DNA of 56,910 bases. Source: a virus. Taxonomy: Duplodnaviria > Caudoviricetes. Made by a program: the position numbers and the translations under genes. The stretch lies in IMG/VR virus record IMGVR_UViG_3300014208_000049, positions 1-56,910 of that record. One strand, given 5' to 3'. Each line of letters begins with the position of its first letter. Position 1 is the first letter of the stretch. Below are positions 8,263 through 18,490 of the stretch, in pieces. The notes under the pieces are model-generated. The model saw nothing but the letters and a program-made list of their open reading frames with translations. It was not told the DNA's origin and ran no database searches.

Positions 8263-9239
8263 TTCTTCGCACCTGCGGCGGCGATGTTCTTCACGAGGGC
8301 TTCGATCAGCGTGGACGCCTCCCGCTTGGTGAGGTCCTTGATCGACGCGATGTTCTCGGCCTTGGCGAGAATGACGCTCGCGTACTCATGCTTCTCGTCG
8401 TCCGTCGTCAGGCCGAGTTCCTTCAGGCAGATGGCGATCTTCTTCACCTGCGGCTCCGTGGCGAGTTCGCCGGTTTCGGTGCCGGCGGCCGACTGTGCCG
8501 CTGCGGCCCCTGCCGGGGCACCGTTGCCGGCGGACTGCGCGGCGGACTGTGCGGGCTTCTGCGTTGCGGGTTGCGTCTGCGTCGGGGCGCGGAATCCCTG
8601 CATCCCCTCGGGGACGGGAATGACGGGGGCCTTGCCCATTTCGTAGGCGGGAAGCGCATCCTCGTCGGCCGCGAATTCCTCGGGGAGATACAGGCGTCCG
8701 AGTTCGTCGGGGAAAGCGTCACGGTGAGCCTGTGCGATGGGCACCTTCCGGATCATGGTTCCCGGCTTTGTGGCCCATTGCTTGTTGATAGTCCCGTCGC
8801 CCTTGCGCCCGACGTACTCGTTGAACGCAACTTCGATGCGGTACGGCGTTGACCGGTCCCGACGGTACACCTCGCACCATCCGCCGAGGATCTGCTCCGT
8901 TTCCAGGTAGAACGCGCCCTCGCGGTACGTGATCTTCTTGTCGCCGTCGAGGACGATGATGCCGGCCTTGAATCCGTTGTACGTGGGGTTCTTCTCGGCC
9001 CGCTTGATGAAGACCTGATACGCGACCACCATCGAAGCCGGTTCGCTGCCGTACTTGATGAGGAACGCTTCCTTCATGAACGGGTTCAACTCCTGCGACT
9101 TGCAAAGTTCCATGAAGAAGTAAATCTCCTGGTCGTTCGCCTTGTCGCAGATGTACTTCTTCACGATGTCCGACGTGAGGGTCGGAACGTATCGCGTTAC
9201 TCCCATGCCCGTCGCTTTCGCCAGTTCGTCTCCCGCCAT
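8259..9239 (-). CDS. bet: Bet/RecT-family ssDNA annealing recombinase
   Basis: LCKSQELNPFMKEAFLIKY, GGWCEVYRRDR, WATKPGTMIRKV...RDAFP. Confidence 0.9.
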   Translation of the reverse strand: MAGDELAKATGMGVTRYVPTLTSDIVKKYICDKANDQEIYFFMELCKSQELNPFMKEAFLIKYGSEPASMVVAYQVFIKRAEKNPTYNGFKAGIIVLDGDKKITYREGAFYLETEQILGGWCEVYRRDRSTPYRIEVAFNEYVGRKGDGTINKQWATKPGTMIRKVPIAQAHRDAFPDELGRLYLPEEFAADEDALPAYEMGKAPVIPVPEGMQGFRAPTQTQPATQKPAQSAAQSAGNGAPAGAAAAQSAAGTETGELATEPQVKKIAICLKELGLTTDDEKHEYASVILAKAENIASIKDLTKREASTLIEALVKNIAAAGAKK

Positions 9240-9475
9240 CTTCCTGCTCCTTTCAGTTCGTGTTGGAGTCCGCGATTTGCAGCTTGATCTTCCACTCACC
9301 GCACGCTTCGGTCGGCTTCGGACTCGGCCAGTACGTCGCCGTGACCGGCCCGGTCGGTGTTCCGACGAGCGACGCCTTCGGCGGGTAGCGGTAGCACTTG
9401 CCCTCCGGCGTGACGTTGACGAGTTTCATCTTGTAGTGAAAACAGTTCGCGCATTGGCGCAAGGGATCGGTCATC

Positions 9476-9646
9476 TCACGCCACCTTCTTGAATTCGCGC
9501 ACCAGGCGTTTGATCTCGCGCCGGAGCAGGGCCGAAAGGGTATTCAACCCTTCCGTCTTGGCGATCAGGAACAGCGTGCGCTTGTCCTTCATCGTCACGC
9601 CGCGGATCGCCAACACCACCATCCTTTCCTTACCGGTCACTCGCAC
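9476..9646 (-). CDS. Small RHH-like DNA-binding protein (not in ORF track)
   Basis: LAIRGV...LFLIAKTEGLNTLSALLRREI; AGGAGG RBS before GTG. Confidence 0.55.
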   Translation of the reverse strand: MRVTGKERMVVLAIRGVTMKDKRTLFLIAKTEGLNTLSALLRREIKRLVREFKKVA

Positions 9647-10392
9647 GTTGCGGCACCTCCTGCTGATGATTTATTTCTACGTAGTAGTAGTACGTGACGG
9701 CGCCCATGCACAGCACCAGGAGGACGGCGAAGTAGACCACGATGCCCTTGCCGAGCGGGGTCAGGGAGCGCCACAATTTACAGGACATTCAGCATCTCCT
9801 CCGTCTTGTGCGCCGACACTCGGGCGGTCATGCGATCGGCTATCCCTCGTCCGAAAACGAATACCGTGATGAAAACGGTGCAGAAAAGAGTGCCGATTGA
9901 AACGAAAAGATGAGCGAGACTTACCAACAGCAAGAGCACCGAATTTACAAGACTGCCGGACCGGTCCACCAGTTCTGAAAATTCCTGCTTCGGATTCACG
10001 ATTCCCTCCCTTAGACCGCCGCTCTGGCACGCATGTTGTCGATCTCCGCGAGCCTCGCGTCGTTCATCTGCTGGATCGTTGTACGGCCGATGGAAATCTC
10101 CCGCGGTTCCCCGCAATCGCATAGGTACGTGGCCGCCAGGATCTCGTCGTGCTTGCCGCGAGTCACACCGGTCATGCGGGGACGCAAAGGCTCGAAGCGT
10201 TTGCATGCGGGGCAACGGCGGGTGGTCATCCCTTCGCCTCCTTCTTCGGCCATGCCGTCACCCCGTGGATTTCGATCAACCCTGCCCGGAAAAGAATCTG
10301 TGCCGACAGGTCTTCTTTCGGCGACAGATAGTACCCCGTCTTCGGGCATCGGTTGATGCGGGCGAGGAGCTTGGATTGTGCGGCGGAAAGGG

Positions 10393-10728
10393 TCATCGGT
10401 CCTCCCTCATCAGGATCTTGTAATACGCAAGCATCGTCTTCCCCTCGCTCACGTCGAACAATTTCTCCGGACCGCATCCGTGCGGGCATTTCAAGTCCTC
10501 GACGGTCCCATAGATGCGGCACAGAAACGGACGGACCTCGTAGATCGAACAGCCGCCGTCGCCGATGTACGGGCAACCGATACCCTCGGCCAACACCGGC
10601 TCGGGAATCTTCGCGTATTCGCTCTTGCCGAAAGGCACGGGGCCGCAACAATCGGCGCAACCGGGCTTGCACTCGAACACCGGGATGCGATCGTACAGTT
10701 CGTGGTACTTGTCAACCATGCCGCTCAT
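10393..10728 (-). CDS. YkgJ-family cysteine-cluster protein
   Basis: CKPGCADCC...CPY...CSIYEVRPFLCRIYG. Confidence 0.85.
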   Translation of the reverse strand: MSGMVDKYHELYDRIPVFECKPGCADCCGPVPFGKSEYAKIPEPVLAEGIGCPYIGDGGCSIYEVRPFLCRIYGTVEDLKCPHGCGPEKLFDVSEGKTMLAYYKILMREDR

Positions 10729-10965
10729 CCTTCTCGCGCTTCTTGATCGCGTCCAGAATCTCGCACCATTCTCCGTCGGAAATGTTGTCCAAGGGCCAGC
10801 GGCATTTCAGGAAACGGATCTCCATACACCCCGAGTTGCCGACCTTGTAGGCGACCACGTAATCGGCTGCGGCGACACGATCAATTCCTCCCGTGGTGGC
10901 GTCTATAAGAGGGGTCCATCCCTTGACGGCTTTTATTGCGATGACTCTCACGTTGGGAAACGACA

Positions 10966-11169
10966 TCATCCCCTCCCGTGAACGTGGTCGTCGTGCGTAT
11001 GATGCGCGTGGAAACCCTTCTCGTGCGCTTCCACCGTCAACGTGCCGCCGACCTTGGCCGCGAGCGCGTTCAACTCGGCGAGGATTTCCTTCTCGGTGCC
11101 GACCATGCCGCGAGCGTTAGTCTTGAGCGAACCGTCGGGCATTATCTGGACGATAAGTTTGGATGGCAT
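10966..11169 (-). CDS. DUF2997-like small protein
   Basis: IVQIMPDGSLKTNARGMVG pattern; context with DUF1257-like gene and AAA ATPase; His-rich tail. Confidence 0.55.
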   Translation of the reverse strand: MPSKLIVQIMPDGSLKTNARGMVGTEKEILAELNALAAKVGGTLTVEAHEKGFHAHHTHDDHVHGRG

Positions 11170-11459
11170 GGTCATCTCTCCCTGAAGTAATTGAGTACGA
11201 ACGGTGTCAGAATCCATGCGGCGCACCATCCGATTGCGAACCCCTTGAATATGTCAGTATGAATGAATTCCATCACACGCTCCTTATGATTCCAAGTACG
11301 ATGATCGCCCGGAAGATGTCTATCAAGAGAAACATCGGCCATCCGAACAGGTTTATCGCGAAATTTCCAACCTCTTCTGAATTGAGATCAAGATCCCACG
11401 CGACCACGTAGGCAATTCCAATAAACATGTAGGCGATTGCGTAAAGTATATACGCCATG

Positions 11460-11771
11460 TCACACCCTCCTGTTCACGAGCGTCATGGTCTGCGTCTTCT
11501 CGTCGAACGACTGGATCGCGTACCCGCGGGATTTGGCCCAAGACTTGACGCCGATCTTCGCATATTCCATCGTGATCTCCGTGAGGCCCTGAACGCCGCG
11601 TGCGACGGTGTAGGCGCCGCCGTAGCCCTTGGAGAACGTGATGCTGCGGTTGTCCCGCGTCCCGACGATCGACTCGCCGCGAGACTTGACAGCGTAGCCC
11701 AAGGCGTCAAGGGCCGCGCCAAGGTGCTCGGCGTCGGTGAGATTCGTTGTGATACGGGCATCGCAAGGAAT
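11460..11771 (-). CDS. DUF1257 (Ycf35)-like protein, probable ATT start
   Basis: TNLTDAEHLGAALDALGY...ITMEYAKIGVKSWAKSRGY; GGAGG 9 nt upstream of ATT. Confidence 0.6.
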   Translation of the reverse strand: MPCDARITTNLTDAEHLGAALDALGYAVKSRGESIVGTRDNRSITFSKGYGGAYTVARGVQGLTEITMEYAKIGVKSWAKSRGYAIQSFDEKTQTMTLVNRRV

Positions 11772-12364
11772 TTTATTTGCCTCCCTTCGTACCGGCGAGG
11801 AACCCGGTGAACACGCCATTCTTGTGCGTTATCTCGTCCAATCCTCCGTCCGAATCGTAGTAGAACAGGCGGCGTTCGGCGGGGAGAAGGCCCTCGCGGG
11901 TAAGGCTTTCGACCACGGCCTCCGCGTCATTCGTGACGGACATATTCCCCAAGTTCCGATCAAGTATCACCAGTGGTTCACCGGGCACGTTCTTGACGAT
12001 GGAGAAATCGGATCGGGGACTCATTTCTTCACCTTCCTGATCGGCGTGACCTTGCGGGAGACGCGGAGGCCGTCCCAGTCATTCGGGAAGATACACATTC
12101 GGAATGAACTATATCTACTCCATCCTCCCGATTTGGTTAATTTCTTGATGTCGGTCATGCACCCGCAGCGCAACTTGAATGGTCCGTTGTCGTCGAGTTT
12201 GTAGGTGACTTTGTACGGCGGCTTGGGCATCTCACCAAAGAACCTCGTCATGCTGCTTACGTGCGGGGACCTCGACCCCCCTTCTTCGTGTTCGTATACG
12301 ATCTCGTTGTTGTCGTCGCCTGCTTTACGCTTGCCGGTTATGCTAACAACGATGGATTTCTTCA

Positions 12365-13333
12365 TCACGCCTCCCCTTCCGGCTCCGACATGATCTTCCG
12401 CCGGCCCATGCCCGTGAGGGCTTCCTCTGCCGCACGAACCGCCTCGTCCGCCGACTCCTCGATCGCCTTCTCGATGTCGTTGAGCGATGCCTCGGAAATC
12501 CCCACGGTTTTGCGCGAATTGCCCTCGGCCGCCGTGAGGATTCCGCGCAAGATTCCGACCTGCTGACGGAGCACTTCGTCGCCCATCACGTTCATGGATT
12601 CGACGCGGCCCATGACTTCCACGGCCGATTCGATCATCTTCTCGGGGATCACGCCGCCGCGAGCGACGACCTTGGCGATCTTGCCGACTTTCTCGCTGAA
12701 TTCCTCGCGCAATTCCATGACCATCGACTTGACAATGGACTTCACGGCCTCCGTCTCGGCGGCGATGCCTTCGGTGCTGGCCGCATCCTTGGGCGCTGAG
12801 ATGGCGTAGACCGACCAGGACAGCCGGAACTTCTCCTTGGCGGCATCAGGAGCGGGGTACTCGCTTTGAAGACGCTGTAGGGCCGCCTGAGCCGCCTCCG
12901 GGGTATGCGCGGCGTCCTTCAGGGCCTTCTCCAGCACGGGAAGCATGAGCGTCTTGGTCGCCTCGTAATTGGCGACGAAAATGGCGACCGCGCCGTCGAA
13001 TCCCTCGCGGATCTTCTTGAGTTTGACGATCAGGTCGGGCAACTTGTCCGATGGGACGTACCGGGCGCCGCGGACGAAGGGGAAGGGAAGCGAATGCCAT
13101 TCGACTACCCGCTTCGCCTGCCGGACGGTTTCCATGATCTCGTCGAACGACTCCTTGGGGAAGAGGCGATGGGAGCCGAGACTGAGCGCCCGCTGAACTT
13201 CCTTGCTGTCCTCGATGCCGAAGTCCTGACACCGAATCTGAGTGCGGCCCGACCAGAGTCCGATGTCGAGGTCCACGACGCTGCCGTTGAGGAATAAATC
13301 CGACCATCCTGGGGCCTTGCTGTTCTCTGTCAT
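12365..13333 (-). CDS. DUF3150-like protein
   Basis: LDIGLWSG...SLGSHRLFP...SLPFPFVRGARYVP...EYP pattern. Confidence 0.6.
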   Translation of the reverse strand: MTENSKAPGWSDLFLNGSVVDLDIGLWSGRTQIRCQDFGIEDSKEVQRALSLGSHRLFPKESFDEIMETVRQAKRVVEWHSLPFPFVRGARYVPSDKLPDLIVKLKKIREGFDGAVAIFVANYEATKTLMLPVLEKALKDAAHTPEAAQAALQRLQSEYPAPDAAKEKFRLSWSVYAISAPKDAASTEGIAAETEAVKSIVKSMVMELREEFSEKVGKIAKVVARGGVIPEKMIESAVEVMGRVESMNVMGDEVLRQQVGILRGILTAAEGNSRKTVGISEASLNDIEKAIEESADEAVRAAEEALTGMGRRKIMSEPEGEA

Positions 13334-13404
13334 GATACCCTCCCGCACGAAGGTTGATGTGATGTTGTCATACAAATGCCATACGCGCTATTCGCTGTCA
13401 AGGA

Positions 13405-14922
13405 TTATTTTCCTGACCCGCCGATCATCCTCTGCCCTACGTTGACTGCCTTCTCCTTCACGGTCGATGCGAACCGCGCCCGGGACGATGCCCATTCGCG
13501 GATCGCCTTGATCTTCTCGCCGGCCGTGACGGACAACGGCGTGGTGGCGACCGCGGCATCCATCAGGTCGGTCATGGTGATGTCCCGGCCCTCGTCGAAG
13601 GCATTGAACATTGCCTCTTTTATGATGCCCTCAATCTCCGATCCGGTGAATCCGTTCGTGGTGAGCACGGGGACGCAATCCACCGTAATTTTCTCCGCGA
13701 GCGCATCGCGTTTCCGCGACTTCAGGTGGATCTTGAATATCGCTACTCGCTCATCGTCGTTCGGGAGATCGACCGCGAATAATTCGTCCCACCGGTGCTT
13801 CCCCAAGAATTCAGGCGGCAGGGCGGTCACATCGTTTGCGGTCGCTACAAGGAACGCGCCTTTTTTGCGCTCGACCATCCACGTGATTAGGGTGCCAAAA
13901 ACACGTTTTGTCACGCCCGAATCTCCGGAGCCGGAACCACCTGATCCTGCAAGCGATTTGTCAATTTCGTCACACCAGACAATGCAGGGACTCATGGCAT
14001 CGGCGAGCTTCAATGCGTCCCTCGTCCTGCTCTCTGATTCCCCGACCAGCGAATTAAATAATGATCCGATGTCGAGCCGAAGTGTTGGGACTCCGAGTGC
14101 CGTACCGAATGCTTTTGCGCTCAAGGATTTCCCTGAACCAGGGACGCCCACGATCAGGATACCCTTCGGACTCGGCAGCCCGTATTCCTCCGCCTCCTTC
14201 GTGAACGCCCGTTTGCGCTTCGTGATCCATCCCTTGAGCACGTCCAGCCCCCCGATGGCGTCCAGTCCGCGAGGGTCCGGGTCCACGATTTCGAGCAGGC
14301 CCGACTTCTTCACGCCGGCTACCTTCTCCCGGTAGATGATCTCGGGGCAGAACTTCCCCGATTCGACGATCGACAGCGCGAGCGCGTTCTCCGCCTCCGT
14401 AGTCGATAGTCCTGAGAGTGCGCGTAAAACGTCCTCGGCATCCCCGTTGAACTTCTTCCCCGCGGACTTGGCGATCGACTCCGCGATGCTCGTCAAATCG
14501 GCCTTCGAGGGGAGCGCGTAGTCGGTCACGACGATGAGTTTTTCGAGCGTAGGGTGCGGCCGGAAAGACGGCCCGACGATGATGATGCACGAACCTTCCG
14601 ACGGCGCCCATGTGAGCAGGTCGCGCAAGGCTCGCGGCAGGATCGGGTCACGGTCGAACGGAAAATTGGCGAGGTCGCAAAACATATAGACCGTGTTCGG
14701 AAGGCGTTGCGCGAGGGCGGCGACCGGATCTTCCGTGTTGGCGATGGCCTTCGTCGCGGGGAAGATGTTCTTCATCCCCTCCGTCGCGGTCCATTGAACG
14801 AGGGCCTTCCCCGCTTCCTTTGCGGCTCCGAGTACGTCCGCGCCGATGCGTTTTTCCTCGGCTGTCTGGACGGCTATCCCCGGAAACGCTGCCTTGAAAT
14901 AATTTATGAGTTTCTTTTTCAT
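13405..14922 (-). CDS. AAA+ ATPase (Ycf46-like)
   Basis: IGGLDVLK, GVPGSGKSL, WCDEIDK, ATAN...LPPE, GFTGSEIE. Confidence 0.9.
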   Translation of the reverse strand: MKKKLINYFKAAFPGIAVQTAEEKRIGADVLGAAKEAGKALVQWTATEGMKNIFPATKAIANTEDPVAALAQRLPNTVYMFCDLANFPFDRDPILPRALRDLLTWAPSEGSCIIIVGPSFRPHPTLEKLIVVTDYALPSKADLTSIAESIAKSAGKKFNGDAEDVLRALSGLSTTEAENALALSIVESGKFCPEIIYREKVAGVKKSGLLEIVDPDPRGLDAIGGLDVLKGWITKRKRAFTKEAEEYGLPSPKGILIVGVPGSGKSLSAKAFGTALGVPTLRLDIGSLFNSLVGESESRTRDALKLADAMSPCIVWCDEIDKSLAGSGGSGSGDSGVTKRVFGTLITWMVERKKGAFLVATANDVTALPPEFLGKHRWDELFAVDLPNDDERVAIFKIHLKSRKRDALAEKITVDCVPVLTTNGFTGSEIEGIIKEAMFNAFDEGRDITMTDLMDAAVATTPLSVTAGEKIKAIREWASSRARFASTVKEKAVNVGQRMIGGSGK

Positions 14923-15446
14923 ACCTTGCTCCATTCCCCGAACGGCTTCATCGGCATCAGGAGTCCGTCGCCCCCGTCGAAGGTGAACGGGGCCTGGTAC
15001 ATCGGGTTCACGTTCGGGCCGATCTTGCAGTTCGGCAGGGCCTTCAGGATCAGGAGATATGCGAGTTGGTAATGCGAGTTCCCGACGGCGACGGGTTGCA
15101 TGGGCGTCACCTTGCCGGTGCCGTCGCAGTCGGGGCACGGATGTCCATCGCAGTCGGGGCATTCCTCGTGCCTCACTTCCCCATCGCCGTCGCACTCTGA
15201 ACAGTCCACCGTTTTCACCTTCGCCAGTTCGATGTCGGAGAGCGCGAACCATGCGGGCGGGTCGGCGTAGGGGAACAAGTAATCCGTGCTCAGCGCGCCA
15301 TCCCTTTCCGGCACGTCCGCAAGGCGCGGGACGCGGGCGATGATGTGACCGTTCGTGGCGTAGGAATACTCACCTTTCGACCACGGGTGAAGGTTGATGC
15401 GCGAACCATCGGCAGCGGCACAGAACTTCTTGAGAGTTTCGATCAT
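14919..15446 (-). CDS. Phage protein with DnaJ-type CxxCxGxG zinc finger
   Basis: YATNGHI; CSECDGDG, CPDCDG, CPDCDGTG; GLLMPM. Confidence 0.7.
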   Translation of the reverse strand: MIETLKKFCAAADGSRINLHPWSKGEYSYATNGHIIARVPRLADVPERDGALSTDYLFPYADPPAWFALSDIELAKVKTVDCSECDGDGEVRHEECPDCDGHPCPDCDGTGKVTPMQPVAVGNSHYQLAYLLILKALPNCKIGPNVNPMYQAPFTFDGGDGLLMPMKPFGEWSKV

Positions 15447-15534
15447 CGTATTCTCCCTCCGCACAGGGTTTAAGGTTGTATGACAATACGTTTACTATAT
15501 ACGATACAGCGTTGTCAAGCCCTGATTTCGATCC

Positions 15535-15867
15535 TCACCGCGTACTCCTCGGCTTGCCCTTTTCTTGTGTATAGTTCCACGTGATCCGCTTTGATCCGTC
15601 GTCGATGCCGATCTCTGTTGCTATCTGATCTCGGCACGCCTTGAAACTACGCTGCAAGTTGTCTCCGTCGAATCCTCGCGGGGCGATGCGGGTGAGCGTG
15701 ATCGTATAATTATCGTGTCCCTTGATCGCGGCGCGGTGATTGTACAGTCCTATTTTTACGGCGTCGTGTTGCTCCTTCCTGCGCTTGTTTTTCTTCGACC
15801 AATGCTCATGCCACGATGAATTCGCTTCGCTCTCCGTGCGTATCGGCAGCGTGACGGTGAGGGTCAT
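15535..15867 (-). CDS. RusA-like Holliday junction resolvase, C-terminus possibly frameshifted
   Basis: SEAN...HW...ITLTRI..DGDNL..SFKACRD....GIDD. Confidence 0.7.
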   Translation of the reverse strand: MTLTVTLPIRTESEANSSWHEHWSKKNKRRKEQHDAVKIGLYNHRAAIKGHDNYTITLTRIAPRGFDGDNLQRSFKACRDQIATEIGIDDGSKRITWNYTQEKGKPRSTR

Positions 15868-17555
15868 ACCGATACCCTCTCCCCGTCCCTCCACCTCCCG
15901 GCCAGCATTTCGTTCGGCGCGAGGTCTTGGGGAACGGTCGCCCATGCGAGGAACATCCCGCTTTTGTCCGTGGTCACGATGGCGACGGTGTGCCCGTGCT
16001 TGAGCGACAATCTCCGCGCCTCTTCGTTCGCGGCTTCGACGGCGGCGCCGACGAGTGTGTGAATCGTGCCCATCACGCGGCCCCTTTCTTGTGATTCCGG
16101 CATGGGAAGTCGGGGACACGAGCGAACACTTCCGCCTTCGGGTATCCCACTTCGCTCATGTCCTTGGTCGGATCTACCAGCCACCTGCACCCGCAATTTG
16201 TCTCCCACTTCGGGCCTTCCTCGATGGATTCCTTCATGAACGATCCGGGTAGCACCGGCCCCTTCTTCGGGAAAGTCTTCGGGCAGACGAACCGGCCCGA
16301 TCCGTTATCGACCACTTGCTCCCCGCACAGGCAGACCGCGTTCCCGTCGTCGGATTCGATGTGCCTGACTTTTTCTTCCGGAACGTCTCCGGGGTCCTTC
16401 GCGTCCAGCGGCCATTCGTACCAGGTGTATCCGCATCGCTTGCAATCCCTTTTCATGAGCGGATACTTCCCCTCGCGGCCGAGTAGGGCCCGCATGGCGT
16501 CTTGGAATTCGGTCTTGGCGTTCGTGGCGCCGCATTTTTTGCAAGCTCGGTTGACGGCGTAGCGGTTCAATTGAGTCCTCCTTTCGGCGGCGTGGTCGGG
16601 GCGTTTACGCCTTCGAGCATCGCCGTCATTTTTTCCGCCTGAATTTTCAGGATGCCGAGCATCACCAGCGGCATGATGTCGGGAGAATTCTCGATTAGGC
16701 GGAGAATCATAAACGCCGTAACATCGTCCGATGCGTGCATGAGAATTGATGCGTTTTCGCCGTCCTTGATGTTGTCGTCCTGCGTTGCCAGGATCACGTG
16801 CTGTCCCCGCGTCGGCTCGAACGTCCGGATCGTGCCGTCCTTGAGTTGCAGTACGATGTTGACGAATTTGGCTTCGTTGCCGTCGATCATTTTCCCTCTC
16901 CTTTCCCGTTGTTTTTTCTCACGGCGTCCGCAAACGGTTCCTTGAATTTCCCGGCGAAGTGTCTGCCGGATATTTGCTTGTCCGCTTTATTTCTTCCCGC
17001 GCATCGGTGACACAACCAGACCGGTGTGCATTTGCATTTCGGGTCCGCGATGCCCGAGAATGTCACGACTTTTTCTTTCTTTTCGTCTGCACTCACCGCT
17101 GCGCTCCCTCCACGCGGTCCGCCTCGAATTCTTCCTCTTCCTGGGTTGCGGGCCGCGTCCCCTTGCCGAGTTCCCAAACTCTTGAATGAATCTCTACGAT
17201 TTCGCCGGCGTTGTCCACCATGAATCCGCGGCTCACCGTGGCGCGTTCCTCAATGCTGACAAAGTGAATCAGGAGCGTCAACCAGATGAACAGCATCACG
17301 GCGGCGCCGATAATAACGGCAGCGTTCCGGTATCGTTCCCTCATCGAATTTCTCCTTTCTCTTTTAAGTCGTCGAGCTTTTTCTGCGCGTTCGTCTCCGT
17401 GCTGTAGCAGCCTCGCGTGAAGCAACTTTTCCCGTGCGGGTTCCAGTACCAGATGCGATACACGATCCCGCGGCGGCCGGTGGAGTCGCAAGGGACAACC
17501 TTGGGGGAGTAAAACACATCAAGATATATCGGCCTCATAAAGTTGCGCCCTTTCG

Positions 17556-18110
17556 TCATAGTAGATATCCTTGTTCCTGCATGAATTGAATCGGGTTCTT
17601 GTTGTGTTTTTTCATGTTGCACTTCGGGCAAGCGAGTTGTATATTCCTGTCCTCGTGTTTCCCGGCGGGTTCGCCCTTCCTTGGGATTAGCGGAACAATA
17701 TGGTCTACATGGAATCCTGTCTTGCGTAGGTCGGATTTGCAGATAGGACATTTGCCCTTCTGTAGTTTAAATAATTTGGCTATTATTCCGGGGGATAACC
17801 CCGCGGTGGTGTTTGTTCTCCGTTTGGCGTTTCTGTCTTTATATTTGTCGCGGTTTCTTGCTCTATGCGCGGCTGCGTATTCCTTCACTTTATCTGGGTT
17901 TGCCTTGGCCCATGCCGATTGGATGGCTCTTGCTCTTGCATTGTTCGCATAAAATGATTTTGCGTATTCACGGAGGCGTTCTAGGTTTTTTGCTCTATAT
18001 TTGGCATAGTATCCGGGGTTCTTCGCCCTCCATTCTGTCCAGTAATTCGGGTTGTTGGCTTTAAATGCCGCCTGGTGTGCCTTCTCTTTCTCTGGATCTT
18101 TTGCTGGCAT
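17556..18110 (-). CDS. HNH endonuclease (paralog 4, RNA-leader associated)
   Basis: HVDHIVPL...GEPAGKHEDRNIQLACPKCN; ends PIQFMQEQGYLL. Confidence 0.9.
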   Translation of the reverse strand: MPAKDPEKEKAHQAAFKANNPNYWTEWRAKNPGYYAKYRAKNLERLREYAKSFYANNARARAIQSAWAKANPDKVKEYAAAHRARNRDKYKDRNAKRRTNTTAGLSPGIIAKLFKLQKGKCPICKSDLRKTGFHVDHIVPLIPRKGEPAGKHEDRNIQLACPKCNMKKHNKNPIQFMQEQGYLL

Positions 18111-18243
18111 CAATACCCCCGTCCGCCGCATGGTGTCGGCCTGACGACGACAAAGGAGACTGGCACGGGCGCACCATCTCCACCGGGGATTCCGTTCGCT
18201 GTTTCGTAAGCACGCATGGGCCGACACCCTGCGAGAATGTGAT
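18111..18243 (-). ncRNA. Conserved structured RNA leader, copy 2 (133 nt)
   Basis: Same length, core and fold as 7184-7316; GGTGTCGGCC/GGCCGACACC stem. Confidence 0.7.
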
Positions 18244-18249
18244 ACAAAT

Positions 18250-18277
18250 ATGGTACCAATTTGGGGGTTCATGTCAA
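18250..18277 (-). promoter_or_regulatory. Sigma70 promoter for leader copy 2
   Basis: TTGACA-16-(TGn)TACCAT. Confidence 0.65.
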
Positions 18278-18328
18278 TTACTTTATTCTCCTGCGCTTTT
18301 TTTGCGGTTCTGCTTGGCGCGTTTCGCG

Positions 18329-18490
18329 TCAAATTTCCAGAACCGAAAAGTCGAACACTCCGAGGAATGAATCCGCGGCGTAGTCCTCCGCGGCTTCGCG
18401 GGTGGCAAATACGATGTTTTCCCCGTCCTCCTCCTGGGCGATAACGGCCGCGTCCGGATTGCCGAGTTGATGCGCTATTAGGATGAACAT
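18329..18490 (-). CDS. Small acidic protein, 53 aa (not in ORF track)
   Basis: AAAGGAG RBS; MFILIAHQLGNPDAAVIAQEEDGENIVFATREAAEDYAADSFLGVFDFSVLEI. Confidence 0.65.
   Translation of the reverse strand: MFILIAHQLGNPDAAVIAQEEDGENIVFATREAAEDYAADSFLGVFDFSVLEI

Noticed and set aside
18140-18210. CTGACGA as a hammerhead ribozyme core
   Set aside because: Absent from copy 1, no matching GAAA, and on the strand disfavoured by G-U pairing
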